Shown one piece after another: positions 40,604-49,763 of a DNA stretch of 64,000 nt. Numbering within the stretch: position 1 is the first letter of the stretch; the number at the start of each line of letters is the position of its first letter. Both the position numbers and the translations under genes were made by a program. The stretch covers positions 62,001 through 126,000 of IMG/VR virus record IMGVR_UViG_3300047560_000921. One strand, written 5' to 3'. Under the pieces are notes generated by a model. The model searched no databases. It was not told the DNA's origin and saw nothing but the letters and a program-made list of their open reading frames with translations.

Positions 40604-41220
40604 AGTAAAATATTCAAAAATGTCTCTTTGTGTAAGTTATCCATAACTTGTTTAACTTCGTTGGCAGTAGTTGCAGCCTTTAACAGTCTTAGGTATTTGA
40701 TTCTAAACCATTCAGTCTTTGTCATCATTTCCAAGTGCATGGTATACTGTAAAATGATTTGGTCAGCCGCTTGCTCTGCGGTGCAGTTGTCTAGCTCTGC
40801 ATAGTCTAATACTAATTGTACATTACTCAAGCCGACTAAGTTTGCATCATAGCCGTGTGTCCTGAGTAGTACAGCCTGGTCGTATTTCATTTTGTATACT
40901 TCGTCTTGGCCGGCACATACTTCTATTTCCTTAACTCTAGCTAGATTAATCTTAGTAAGGATATCATAGTAGCTCCATTGCTTGTACTCGACGAACTTGC
41001 GATATTCGTCGATGTTTTCGCCCGGACTGTATACTATTTTAGATCCACGTAAAATAAAATCACTAGGGTTAGATTTAAATTGCTGTTCTAGTGACTTATC
41101 TAAGTCTCCTGTATATACGTGCGTATCAAAGAAACATTCGTTAACAAAATATAAATGTTTCTTCTCTGGTGTAGAAAGCAAAACCCGATTAAGGCTGTTA
41201 GTTAATATGTGTACCCACAT
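40600..41220 (-). CDS. Hypothetical helical protein, weakly like tail-fibre assembly proteins
   Basis: GQDEVY..KY.QA...YA......EQAADQI...R......AATT.NEV pattern. Confidence 0.45.
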   Translation of the reverse strand: MWVHILTNSLNRVLLSTPEKKHLYFVNECFFDTHVYTGDLDKSLEQQFKSNPSDFILRGSKIVYSPGENIDEYRKFVEYKQWSYYDILTKINLARVKEIEVCAGQDEVYKMKYDQAVLLRTHGYDANLVGLSNVQLVLDYAELDNCTAEQAADQIILQYTMHLEMMTKTEWFRIKYLRLLKAATTANEVKQVMDNLHKETFLNILL

Positions 41221-41231
41221 GTCTGTCTCTC

Positions 41232-42779
41232 TTATAAATTTAAAAGTCTGTTTTTATAAAGCTGGAACCATTCTGCTTTTTTGTCTTTAAGGAAGTCTGC
41301 ACTAACGTTTTTAACGCTCACGCCTGCTAAGTCGTCGGCAGTAAGTCCAGTACCGTTCATCCACATAAACTGGAAGAACCCTGCAGGCTTAATACGACCG
41401 CTACGATATCCGCGCATAATATATTCGTCTGCAATAGCCCATGCCTTAGGTAAAGTCATATGCGGATTGCTCCACATGCTCCATCTAAAGAAGCTGTTGT
41501 TAGCAACACCTTTGTTGACGATGTTATATCCGTAAGATTCGGGATCAGCTTCGAACTTGCTAGGCCAGATTTTCTTTTCGTTAATGTTGAAGCCCAAAGG
41601 TTCAACTGTATATCCGTCTAGTGGACAGTTTTCGTCTTCGACCCACTTCATCCATTCGCGGAATGTTTCTTCCGTTTCGTGCGGCAAGCCTACAATAAAC
41701 CCACTGCTCATTGTAATGTCTTTGCCCCATGCTTCGTCTCGCAACCAGTGTAATAGTTCTTTGCTTTTCTCTGGGTGCAGTCCTTTGCCAATGGCTAACG
41801 CACTCTTATGGTTTAAACTTTCTAATCCAAATACACAGGTTTTAAGTCCGCTTTCTTTTAGCAGGGGTGCCATGTCCCTATTAGCATGGATTAAATCATG
41901 TCTTAGGTATGCACTAAACTGTATCTTAAAAGGAAGTTGTGAAAAGACTTCGTTGTATAGCTTTTCTACTTTATAGATGCTGTCGTTGTATGTATCGTCT
42001 GCAAAGATATAGTTAGTAATGCCCCACTTTTCGTAGTTACGAATGAACTCTTCTTTTAACGGCGCACTATCCTTGATGTAGTCGAACTTGTCTTTGCCGT
42101 TCATAGGAAAACTACAAAAGTCGCATCTAAAGATACATCCACGACTAATTTCAATGGGCAACACTTCGTTTTCGTAGATTAAGTCATTGTCTTCCCATAG
42201 TACTTGACTGGTTTGAAAATTCCACTCAGGGTCTTTAATCCAATCGACTTCAACTTGATGCTCGTTGATAGGAACCATTTTAAGTACAGTTTCGTCGTAA
42301 GGCTTACCTGCCAAGAAGTTAGCGTACTCTACTGTAGTATGGTCAGCATAGCCATGAATGAAGCAGTCTACTAGTTTACTGTTCTTGTATTGGCTACGTT
42401 GCCCGCCTAGTACAATTTTTGTCTTGGGATTTACTTGTTTGATATGATTAATAAACGCATAACTGACTTCAGGCTTAAACGGAAAGTCTTCAGTATATCT
42501 TAATTCGCGCCTATAGTGGTTAGGCCTACTTTTATCGCTTAGTGCTTGGTCTCTGATAGCATACAAGGTGCTACTGAATCCAACGAATAATGTGTTAGGA
42601 CCTACAAACTTGTCTACAATTTGTTTAAGCTCGTCCAAGCTCCATTCGGTTAAGTAGTCGACAACTTGTACTGTATAACCGTTCTTTCTTAATTCCGTAG
42701 CAATGCGATAAGCACCTAGTAGGCGCTGAAAAACCGTAGTGCTAGTGAACTCCGTAAAAATTACAATGTCTGCTGTCAT
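41232..42779 (-). CDS. Cobalamin-binding-domain radical SAM enzyme
   Basis: LGAYRIAT.LR.NGY.VQVVD, VGFS, IVLGG (B12 domain); EISRGCIFRCDFC; FADDT; FGLES; FIVGLPHET. Confidence 0.9.
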   Translation of the reverse strand: MTADIVIFTEFTSTTVFQRLLGAYRIATELRKNGYTVQVVDYLTEWSLDELKQIVDKFVGPNTLFVGFSSTLYAIRDQALSDKSRPNHYRRELRYTEDFPFKPEVSYAFINHIKQVNPKTKIVLGGQRSQYKNSKLVDCFIHGYADHTTVEYANFLAGKPYDETVLKMVPINEHQVEVDWIKDPEWNFQTSQVLWEDNDLIYENEVLPIEISRGCIFRCDFCSFPMNGKDKFDYIKDSAPLKEEFIRNYEKWGITNYIFADDTYNDSIYKVEKLYNEVFSQLPFKIQFSAYLRHDLIHANRDMAPLLKESGLKTCVFGLESLNHKSALAIGKGLHPEKSKELLHWLRDEAWGKDITMSSGFIVGLPHETEETFREWMKWVEDENCPLDGYTVEPLGFNINEKKIWPSKFEADPESYGYNIVNKGVANNSFFRWSMWSNPHMTLPKAWAIADEYIMRGYRSGRIKPAGFFQFMWMNGTGLTADDLAGVSVKNVSADFLKDKKAEWFQLYKNRLLNL

Positions 42780-43546
42780 TAAAGTCTTTTAAGTATAGGT
42801 AAGAAAATCATACACGGATCTAGTTCCCACCATTTTTCACCGAAGTTATAGTTAGCAGGATGCTTGTGATGGTTATTGTGCCAACCTTGTCCCCAAGCAA
42901 AGTATCCTAATAGCGGCACGTTGCGGCTATTATCGTCGATTTCATGATTCCTATATCCAAAGCCTTTAAGGTGGCAGAATAAGTTGATGCAAGCCTCTTG
43001 GTGTATGCCAGTAATCATGGGCAACAAGATTAAGCCAACTGCAAGTTGCCAGTTGAGTAATGCTGTAGCAATGATGATACCCCATACTATCTTATAGTAG
43101 TTAGTATGTACCCATACTTGGAATTTGTCACGTAATAAGTCTACGGCATATTTCAAGTTAACATCGGTTGGTGCAATTTTCCAACTCCAGCTAAGGTAAG
43201 CATGGAACTTGCCATGAATAGGACTGTGTATGTCTCTTGGTTTGTCAGAATGACTATGATGATATCCTCTGTGTAAAGCTACCCAGAAAATAGGACTGCC
43301 TTGTCCAGCCATGCATCCAAGTATAGTAATAACTTTTCTTGTAAACGCACTCATCTCTGGAATACACTTGTGACTAAGCACACGGTGTAATCCAATGGCA
43401 CTACCTAAACCACTAATTAAAACCCAGCCAACGGGCCAAAACCATAGGTACGACAAATCGCCCCATAGTACTAGTGCTGTTGCACCTAGCAAGGCCGCTA
43501 AGTGTACAGGCCAAAATAATTTAATGCTGTGTCCGGTAGTTTTCAT
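42779..43546 (-). CDS. Membrane acyl (delta-9-type) desaturase
   Basis: Three His boxes HRVLSH, HRGYHH, WHNNHH; DIHSP; hydrophobic segments. Confidence 0.9.
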   Translation of the reverse strand: MKTTGHSIKLFWPVHLAALLGATALVLWGDLSYLWFWPVGWVLISGLGSAIGLHRVLSHKCIPEMSAFTRKVITILGCMAGQGSPIFWVALHRGYHHSHSDKPRDIHSPIHGKFHAYLSWSWKIAPTDVNLKYAVDLLRDKFQVWVHTNYYKIVWGIIIATALLNWQLAVGLILLPMITGIHQEACINLFCHLKGFGYRNHEIDDNSRNVPLLGYFAWGQGWHNNHHKHPANYNFGEKWWELDPCMIFLPILKRL

Positions 43547-43551
43547 ATGCG

Positions 43552-43557
43552 TATTTA
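43552..43557 (-). promoter_or_regulatory. Late promoter TAAATA 5 nt before the desaturase ATG
   Basis: TAAATA-CGCAT-ATG; same spacing as at 10084 and 14028. Confidence 0.55.
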
Positions 43558-44175
43558 TTATTCTATCTCTTTGCGAAACTCTGGCTTTAAGTACTGCATA
43601 GTAACAACTAAGTCAGTGGGCCATAGTGCGCTGTTCATTAACCACATCCATTGGTCCAGGAACGGCGGCCTTGTGTTAGCGGGAATTACATTCATTACTA
43701 CGCTATCATAACGTTCCTGGCGTTGCTTAACATACTTGGGCCAAATGCGTTTGTGTGCAAGGTAGTAACGCTTAGGGTATGCCATAATGTACTGAAAGCA
43801 ATCACGCTTTTCTGCAAAGTCAATGGCGTGTTGCATTACTTCTACGAGTCCATTACGGTTACCTAAACTGGGCACACGTTCTGTTCTGCGAGTAATAGCT
43901 TTTTGTATGTACCACATGTTAACGTCAGGATTGAAGTACTGGGTCATGGCCGCATACAATTTGTTATCGTTAGTTTCGTCTACATATCCCCACATCATGA
44001 ACTGGGGATTATCTTCGCCTAAATATAAATTGGCAAGATTATTGTGCTTGTTCATGGACATGTCTGCCCTATAATAAGGAACACTGCTTACGTCAACACC
44101 AGCAAAGGTATTGTAGTCTCGCTGTATCTCATCGATTTGGTCAAAGTAACTAAGGTCAAGTTTTACGATTTTCAT
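43558..44175 (-). CDS. GNAT-like protein, paralog B
   Basis: IVKLD...I.EI, WGY.DE, AI.FAE, YD..V..VIPANTRP...LKPE. Confidence 0.5.
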   Translation of the reverse strand: MKIVKLDLSYFDQIDEIQRDYNTFAGVDVSSVPYYRADMSMNKHNNLANLYLGEDNPQFMMWGYVDETNDNKLYAAMTQYFNPDVNMWYIQKAITRRTERVPSLGNRNGLVEVMQHAIDFAEKRDCFQYIMAYPKRYYLAHKRIWPKYVKQRQERYDSVVMNVIPANTRPPFLDQWMWLMNSALWPTDLVVTMQYLKPEFRKEIE

Positions 44176-45107
44176 TCTAGTGTCTTAATAAAGTCTGTGG
44201 CTAACATTTCAAACCTATGGTCGTTATAAGGTATGTACTGTAGCATTTCTTGCTGAGCCTGTACGTTTAACAACTTCAATGTTTCGTACCCATGATACTT
44301 CTTTCTAGGTTTCAAGAAGAAGTACTTATTATATATGGAATACTTGCTACTTGCAATACTTAATTTACCAACTAGTTTATCTGCTAGCAAATCTTGTACA
44401 ATCGAATCGTTAACATAGGCTTTCATAATCTCAGGGGTGTAACTAAAGAACTCACTGATAACAGGGCGTTGGTTGAGTACACTGTACTTTGGTACACTCA
44501 AGTCATTATTTTCCCTAACATAATAAACCCAATTGTATTCTTGCTTTGGTTCATCAGCTAGCCACGATTTCCAGTTGAATACTTTTTCAAAGAATACTTC
44601 GCCTGTGCCTAGTACGGGAATATCGTCTTGGATTTTGTCTAGTGCCCACAAACATTGTATTTGTGCAAGTTGAATACTTTGATACTTCATACCAATTGGT
44701 ATGTACTCTTTACTACGATAAAACTCAACAATGTCTATCTCTAGGATTTTGTATTCTACGTTGTAGTAGTTACAAAAGTCTATGGCATACTTAATGTCGT
44801 GGTCATTGTATCCGTCCTTGAACCGAATAATAGTGGCACGAACACGTCGCTTTAGTCCTGCCCAAATAAATGCTTGAAGTACAAGTTCGCTGTCAATGCC
44901 GCCACTGAAGAATACATTAAACTTTTGCCCAGGGTATTTGTCTGCAAGCATTTTGCATACGTTAAGGCTTTCTTGTTTAAAATCTCCAACGGGACGGCTT
45001 GGTTTGCCCCAATGCATTTTAAATGTGCTGTAAGGATTCTTACGTAATGCAAAAGGAACGTTGTCGTAAGTCCAATGGAAGTGGTTGTTTTCTGTGTACT
45101 GGATCAT
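44172..45107 (-). CDS. PP-loop (asparagine-synthetase-like) adenylating enzyme
   Basis: FFSGGIDSE, YA..FC, VLGTGE, R.KYHGYE. Confidence 0.7.
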   Translation of the reverse strand: MIQYTENNHFHWTYDNVPFALRKNPYSTFKMHWGKPSRPVGDFKQESLNVCKMLADKYPGQKFNVFFSGGIDSELVLQAFIWAGLKRRVRATIIRFKDGYNDHDIKYAIDFCNYYNVEYKILEIDIVEFYRSKEYIPIGMKYQSIQLAQIQCLWALDKIQDDIPVLGTGEVFFEKVFNWKSWLADEPKQEYNWVYYVRENNDLSVPKYSVLNQRPVISEFFSYTPEIMKAYVNDSIVQDLLADKLVGKLSIASSKYSIYNKYFFLKPRKKYHGYETLKLLNVQAQQEMLQYIPYNDHRFEMLATDFIKTLE

Positions 45108-45970
45108 TGTGTAAATGGAGGCATCTTATCAAATTCGTGGTCAATGCTGATACGTATAAAACTTCTACGCCCTTCACTGCCTTCTAAGATTTCCATATCT
45201 CCGCGTCTGTGTATTGTAGCCCAATTGTCAAATACTAGCACGTCATTGATTTCCCATTTGTGTTCTAGGAAGTCAGTTGCTTCGATTTGACTAGTGCTTA
45301 ACTCTCTCATGAATTCGTTTGAAAGGCGTAGTTCGCCTTCTTCTTTGTCTATGACTGTTCGTAAGATCCATGCGCCGTCATTGCCAAATGCATTATAACG
45401 TATAAACTCTTCGCCTGTCCATGGATGCTTGTCTAGTGCCGGATACCATTTTTGATTAGTAAAGTTTTTCTGCCAGCTATTGTACAAGAACTTTAAGTTG
45501 TCCAAGTTAATGTTATGCTTGTCCTTTTCAGTCCATTCTCGTCTAATGATACCTAAGTCTGCAACATCAGTGCTACCGCCAGTCATGTTAGTAGGTAAAT
45601 CCTTACAGTACAACAATCGGAATGGGAACGGCTCCAGGCCACGCTCATTGGCAATGTCACAGTGCCATGTAAGGCTCTTGTATAGTCTAGGATAGCTTTT
45701 ATCATCGTATTCTGTATATGCGACACCGTTGCTGGCAACCTTAAAATGTTCTTTAGTATGATTCTGATACATATCCGCAGTCCATGGGCGCCCGAACTTC
45801 TTACTAAATGCAGCCATTTCATCTGCACTTACATCTATGTTTTTAAACACTAAAGCCTTACGACGGTAAATTAATTCACGCAGTTCGATGTCGTCAAAAG
45901 CCATAATCTCGTCGAAGGTACCTTCTACAATGCTACCAACATCTTTTGTTATAGGAGTATGTTTAATCAT
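45104..45970 (-). CDS. TauD/TfdA-family dioxygenase
   Basis: LVFKN, WHCD, GGSTDVAD, HPWTG, HKWEINDVLVFDNWATIHRR; probable start ATG 45970. Confidence 0.85.
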   Translation of the reverse strand: MIKHTPITKDVGSIVEGTFDEIMAFDDIELRELIYRRKALVFKNIDVSADEMAAFSKKFGRPWTADMYQNHTKEHFKVASNGVAYTEYDDKSYPRLYKSLTWHCDIANERGLEPFPFRLLYCKDLPTNMTGGSTDVADLGIIRREWTEKDKHNINLDNLKFLYNSWQKNFTNQKWYPALDKHPWTGEEFIRYNAFGNDGAWILRTVIDKEEGELRLSNEFMRELSTSQIEATDFLEHKWEINDVLVFDNWATIHRRGDMEILEGSEGRRSFIRISIDHEFDKMPPFTQ

Positions 45971-45971
45971 A

Positions 45972-46565
45972 TTAGTAATCGTAAAATCTAGGGTTGTGGG
46001 CAACGTCGAAAATAATGTGCAGTCTATCCGTAGTGCCATTATTTCCACCCCAGTGTTTAGCTCTATTGTTAAAGCGCCACAGTTCGCCAGGTTTACATTT
46101 AATGCTTTCAGTTTCGGTTATGAACTCAACATCAGGATTAGTAGCCAGCACAATATGATACCTATTATGAATAGCAAAATACAGTCCGGGATCAACGTGC
46201 GGGTATATCTTACCGCCAGGCACTAGCTTTGAAACGTATGCTCTACCCAAATGGCCAGCTGGTATTAAAGTCATTGCATGTTCAATTAATTTTCTAACTT
46301 CGGGCAATTGCGTATAGTGTTCTGAGTCTACGATACTAATTGCATGTTGGTCTGCTAGGTCTTTTGCATCCCAGTGTTCCCCTTGATTCCTGCTTAAAAT
46401 TTCCGCAGGAGGATGAATACGCAAATGAATACTTTCGACTTCCTCTAACGCAGGGCTAATGGCTTTCACTTTGGTATGACTAGCAAACCAATCACTGTGT
46501 GCTAATACTTCTTCTAGCGCGGCTGTAACATCTATGTTAGATGCAATGTGGTCAAAATATATCAT
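45972..46565 (-). CDS. AspH-like hydroxylase
   Basis: LGRAYVSKLVPGGKIYPHVD...RYHIVL.TN...GELWRFNN...H...N....RLHIIFD. Confidence 0.85.
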   Translation of the reverse strand: MIYFDHIASNIDVTAALEEVLAHSDWFASHTKVKAISPALEEVESIHLRIHPPAEILSRNQGEHWDAKDLADQHAISIVDSEHYTQLPEVRKLIEHAMTLIPAGHLGRAYVSKLVPGGKIYPHVDPGLYFAIHNRYHIVLATNPDVEFITETESIKCKPGELWRFNNRAKHWGGNNGTTDRLHIIFDVAHNPRFYDY

Positions 46566-47116
46566 TTGTTGTAAGTAGAAAACACAAGATGCACTCTAGG
46601 TTTGAAACTGGCATTCAATGCAGTGTGCCAAACAGTGCTTACTAATGTATATAGTCTACCTTCCTCTTCCATTCTGTACAAGCCCTTCTCCGTGGCTATA
46701 AAATTATTAGGATTGGTGCTAATAGGGATATGATACCTAACTGCATCGCTGTCCTTGTGCCAACTATAACAAGTCTTTGGCCTTAATAACATAAGCCTAA
46801 TCCTACCAAGTGGCAACGGACTAACTTCTTGTACCTTGTTAATTACTTCTTCCCAATATCTTCCTTTTACATAAGAAGATATGTGAGTATAGTTTTCTTC
46901 TTGGTCTAGCTCTATGTTATTTTGTCTATCGTATAAGCTGCCAACACCGTCATACATTTGTTCTTTTATGGTATCAAATTTGCCGCTGTGACTTAAGGCA
47001 ATTTGATTAGCATCCTTGTGGAAAGGATATTGACGATACAGCACGTCTAGTTCTAGTTTTAACCGTATAGGGTCGAATTTAACGTCTAACTTTTGTACGT
47101 CTAGTGTATCGCTCAT
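46562..47116 (-). CDS. AspH-like hydroxylase
   Basis: GRIRLMLL.P..CYSWHKD...RYHIPI.TN...HTALN....RVHLV. Confidence 0.85.
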   Translation of the reverse strand: MSDTLDVQKLDVKFDPIRLKLELDVLYRQYPFHKDANQIALSHSGKFDTIKEQMYDGVGSLYDRQNNIELDQEENYTHISSYVKGRYWEEVINKVQEVSPLPLGRIRLMLLRPKTCYSWHKDSDAVRYHIPISTNPNNFIATEKGLYRMEEEGRLYTLVSTVWHTALNASFKPRVHLVFSTYNK

Positions 47117-47709
47117 ATAGTACTCGTATCGCCTTTGTATGTTACATTACTTATGTAACTCTTCTCATCGGCGATGTCCACCGCAAAAGCAATTACTTTA
47201 ACTAATTGACTTACAGACATAATACTGTTAGGCTGTCTAATTTGTGCGTAGGTATAAGTGCTAGTGTCTGTCAAGAAATCTGTTTTAACGTGTCCTGGCT
47301 TTACATTAATGATTTTACACTTGCAGCCAGCAGCCATATTCATTTGATAGCCTGCATCGTCTAATGCTTTCTTGTGTAGTCCGTAAGGGTATACTTTGCC
47401 CATGTGCATACATGCATCTCCTGCTAGACTACTGACATTGACAATCATGTAGTTGGGTTTCTTTTGATGAAAGCCGTACCAACGTTGTAGCAAGTCTACT
47501 TGTGCATACCTAAAGTACGCATTGTTGATAAACAAGTCGCAGTCCAGAGTTTCGTTTATAATACGCTCTTGGTCGTCACCCTTACTGATATCATAGCCAT
47601 TGGATCTACTGAACCCAATAACTTCAATACCTAGGCCTGTATAGTAGTCATATAGCGCCTTACCGATGCCTTTTGTGTGTCCCGTTATTGCTATCTTATT
47701 TGGAGTCAT
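47113..47709 (-). CDS. Short-chain dehydrogenase/reductase
   Basis: ITGHTKGIG, FINNA, NVSS, YGLHK (YxxxK), PG.VKT. Confidence 0.85.
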   Translation of the reverse strand: MTPNKIAITGHTKGIGKALYDYYTGLGIEVIGFSRSNGYDISKGDDQERIINETLDCDLFINNAYFRYAQVDLLQRWYGFHQKKPNYMIVNVSSLAGDACMHMGKVYPYGLHKKALDDAGYQMNMAAGCKCKIINVKPGHVKTDFLTDTSTYTYAQIRQPNSIMSVSQLVKVIAFAVDIADEKSYISNVTYKGDTSTI

Positions 47710-48313
47710 TGCATTGCTCGCATGTTATTTCTTTTAAGTATCCGATAAAGTCTAAATCGGAACCAGGTTTGAGTGGCATAGTTGCAACCCATTGGCAACA
47801 TTCTTGTGGCATATATCCGGGCGGCAATGGCCCGCATACACCTAACTTAGTGTCGTGCATTTTAAAGTTGTAGCCACCGTTGGCATTAACTAAGTCTATA
47901 AACTTACTGAAACTTCTTTGTTTGTCTTCCCTGCTAATGAACACGCAATCTAAATTTAAACTGCGGGCAACAGCTATTTGTCTAGGAATCAAATACGCAC
48001 TATTAACGTATCTGTCACTAGGTTCGAACTTCTGTAAATGTGTATGACGATACTTTGGTGGGATGTAAAATCTAGCACTAACTCTAGCTTTACCTGGACC
48101 CCATCTGTCCTGTTGAATTTGCATACCGCTAAAAGCTAAAACCTCACTACCGCGCAAGGCAACAGTGAGGCTGGCAAAGTCTTTAGGCTGGATTCCAACG
48201 TAATTGGCTTTTAGTTCATCATCTCCCAGTTGAATTTCTTCTACTACTTGATTGAACAATGCCAAATACGTTGTGTCTCTGCATAAGTCAGTTACAATTA
48301 CTTGTTCAGCCAT
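47696..48313 (-). CDS. GNAT-like acyltransferase
   Basis: LAFSG, ARVSARFYIPPKYR, Q..VAR.L..DCVFISRE. Confidence 0.55.
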   Translation of the reverse strand: MAEQVIVTDLCRDTTYLALFNQVVEEIQLGDDELKANYVGIQPKDFASLTVALRGSEVLAFSGMQIQQDRWGPGKARVSARFYIPPKYRHTHLQKFEPSDRYVNSAYLIPRQIAVARSLNLDCVFISREDKQRSFSKFIDLVNANGGYNFKMHDTKLGVCGPLPPGYMPQECCQWVATMPLKPGSDLDFIGYLKEITCEQCNDSK

Positions 48314-49185
48314 TTCTCAGTGAACTCTCGAATCTCTCGTTGACCCATACCGTACTGCTTGGCAATACCGTTAACATCACGGAAGTCTTCTAGTAGGTTC
48401 AGCCACTTTTCTTCGCTAAGTAGACGTTTAATCAAATCAACCTCCATGCGACTGCATGTTACACTGTGTTGTTCGTAATCTTCGAAGGCCTCGCACACTT
48501 GAGGGAATAGTGCCTTAACCAAGTTGTACATAGCATTGGCAAGTTCTCTAATCTCCCATTGGGCATGAGGATCAGCACGTAGGCGAACCATATGCAAGAA
48601 GTTCTTCATGTTAGCTTTCCAGTATAGCTCGGTATATCCGCCAACTGGTAATACCATACGACTAAGTTCACGGGCAACACCGTCACCGTCTTTACCTAGT
48701 AGGTATTCGTAGTCCTTGAAGCTATTGTTGTAAGCTCTCATGAACGCATGTTGATAGTCCTGACGTTGTGCTGTGTCCCACCCGTCGAACTCTTCGCGTC
48801 CTTGCTTGTTTAATGTGCTTTGTGGTGCAATTTGATTAAGTTCGGGAATGTAAAACTCATCGGTCATTACGCTGTAACGTGCGCTGTATTCGTTAATACT
48901 AGCAGTACGATGACGTACAAGTTGGCGCATAACAAAGATAGGTACCTTAATGTGGAATTTAACTTCGCACATTTCAAACGGTGTAGTGTGCTTGTGACGC
49001 ATCAAGTAACGAATCAAGTTTCTATCATCGCTTACTTGCTTAGTGCCTTCGCCGTAACTTACTCGTGCGGCTTGTACTACTGCCGCATCGTTGCCCATAT
49101 GGTCAACAAGTCCTACAAAGCCATGGTCCAATAAAGGAACATACGTTTTGTCATTTTCAAAATCAATATCACTTCTTAGTGTCAT
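48298..49185 (-). CDS. thyX: Flavin-dependent thymidylate synthase ThyX
   Basis: AARVSY, H.TPFE, RHRTASINEYSARY signature, HAQWEIR; probable start ATG 49185. Confidence 0.95.
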   Translation of the reverse strand: MTLRSDIDFENDKTYVPLLDHGFVGLVDHMGNDAAVVQAARVSYGEGTKQVSDDRNLIRYLMRHKHTTPFEMCEVKFHIKVPIFVMRQLVRHRTASINEYSARYSVMTDEFYIPELNQIAPQSTLNKQGREEFDGWDTAQRQDYQHAFMRAYNNSFKDYEYLLGKDGDGVARELSRMVLPVGGYTELYWKANMKNFLHMVRLRADPHAQWEIRELANAMYNLVKALFPQVCEAFEDYEQHSVTCSRMEVDLIKRLLSEEKWLNLLEDFRDVNGIAKQYGMGQREIREFTEKWLNK

Positions 49186-49495
49186 CTGTGTCTCCGCCGC
49201 CTTCAAAATGTTTTGCTAGCAATGTGCTAACATACTTTTTCATGTGTTTCTTAATCCTAGTCAAGTCCATGGTAATCTCTACGTCGGTAACCATGTCCTT
49301 GGTCTCGATAAGACCTTCTTCTTGTAGTTTGTCTGGTAAGCTGTCTAGCTTTGCTATTTCTTTTCCAGTGAACCTAATAGTTTGTCCAGTAACTAAGTGA
49401 ACTAGCACTTCTTCGATGTACTCGGCAGGTACATGATTCATAACAACATCATCTAGGATGTCGTCAAAGCCACGATCTTTTCTTCTAATAGCCAT
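49169..49495 (-). CDS. Hypothetical protein
   Basis: 108-aa ORF packed within the operon. Confidence 0.65.
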   Translation of the reverse strand: MAIRRKDRGFDDILDDVVMNHVPAEYIEEVLVHLVTGQTIRFTGKEIAKLDSLPDKLQEEGLIETKDMVTDVEITMDLTRIKKHMKKYVSTLLAKHFEGGGDTDDTKK

Positions 49496-49496
49496 G

Positions 49497-49763
49497 TTAT
49501 TCTTTTATGTGACCTTTTCGAACTAGGTTCTCTTCATACTCTAGTGCCGCTACAATTACTGCCGCCGCTTTTACTAAACTACTGTGAAAATCTTGTCTTG
49601 TAGGTTTAATACCTTTGCGAGTACAGTCTTGTGTTAAGTAATGACTGGCTATTGTCAACCAGTCATTAACCCCATTAACAAGATCATATTCGCTACCTGG
49701 CAAATCTATTTGCCGTTGTCGCTCTATTTTAACTTCTTCTAAAATTTTGTCAAGCAACGACAT
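49497..49763 (-). CDS. MazG-like small helical protein
   Basis: ERQRQ...DW...LVKAAAVIVAALE pattern. Confidence 0.45.
   Translation of the reverse strand: MSLLDKILEEVKIERQRQIDLPGSEYDLVNGVNDWLTIASHYLTQDCTRKGIKPTRQDFHSSLVKAAAVIVAALEYEENLVRKGHIKE

Noticed and set aside
38580-41220. Canonical lasso peptide cluster
   Set aside because: An AsnB-like enzyme is present, but I see no transglutaminase-like leader peptidase, no RRE and no precursor with a lasso leader
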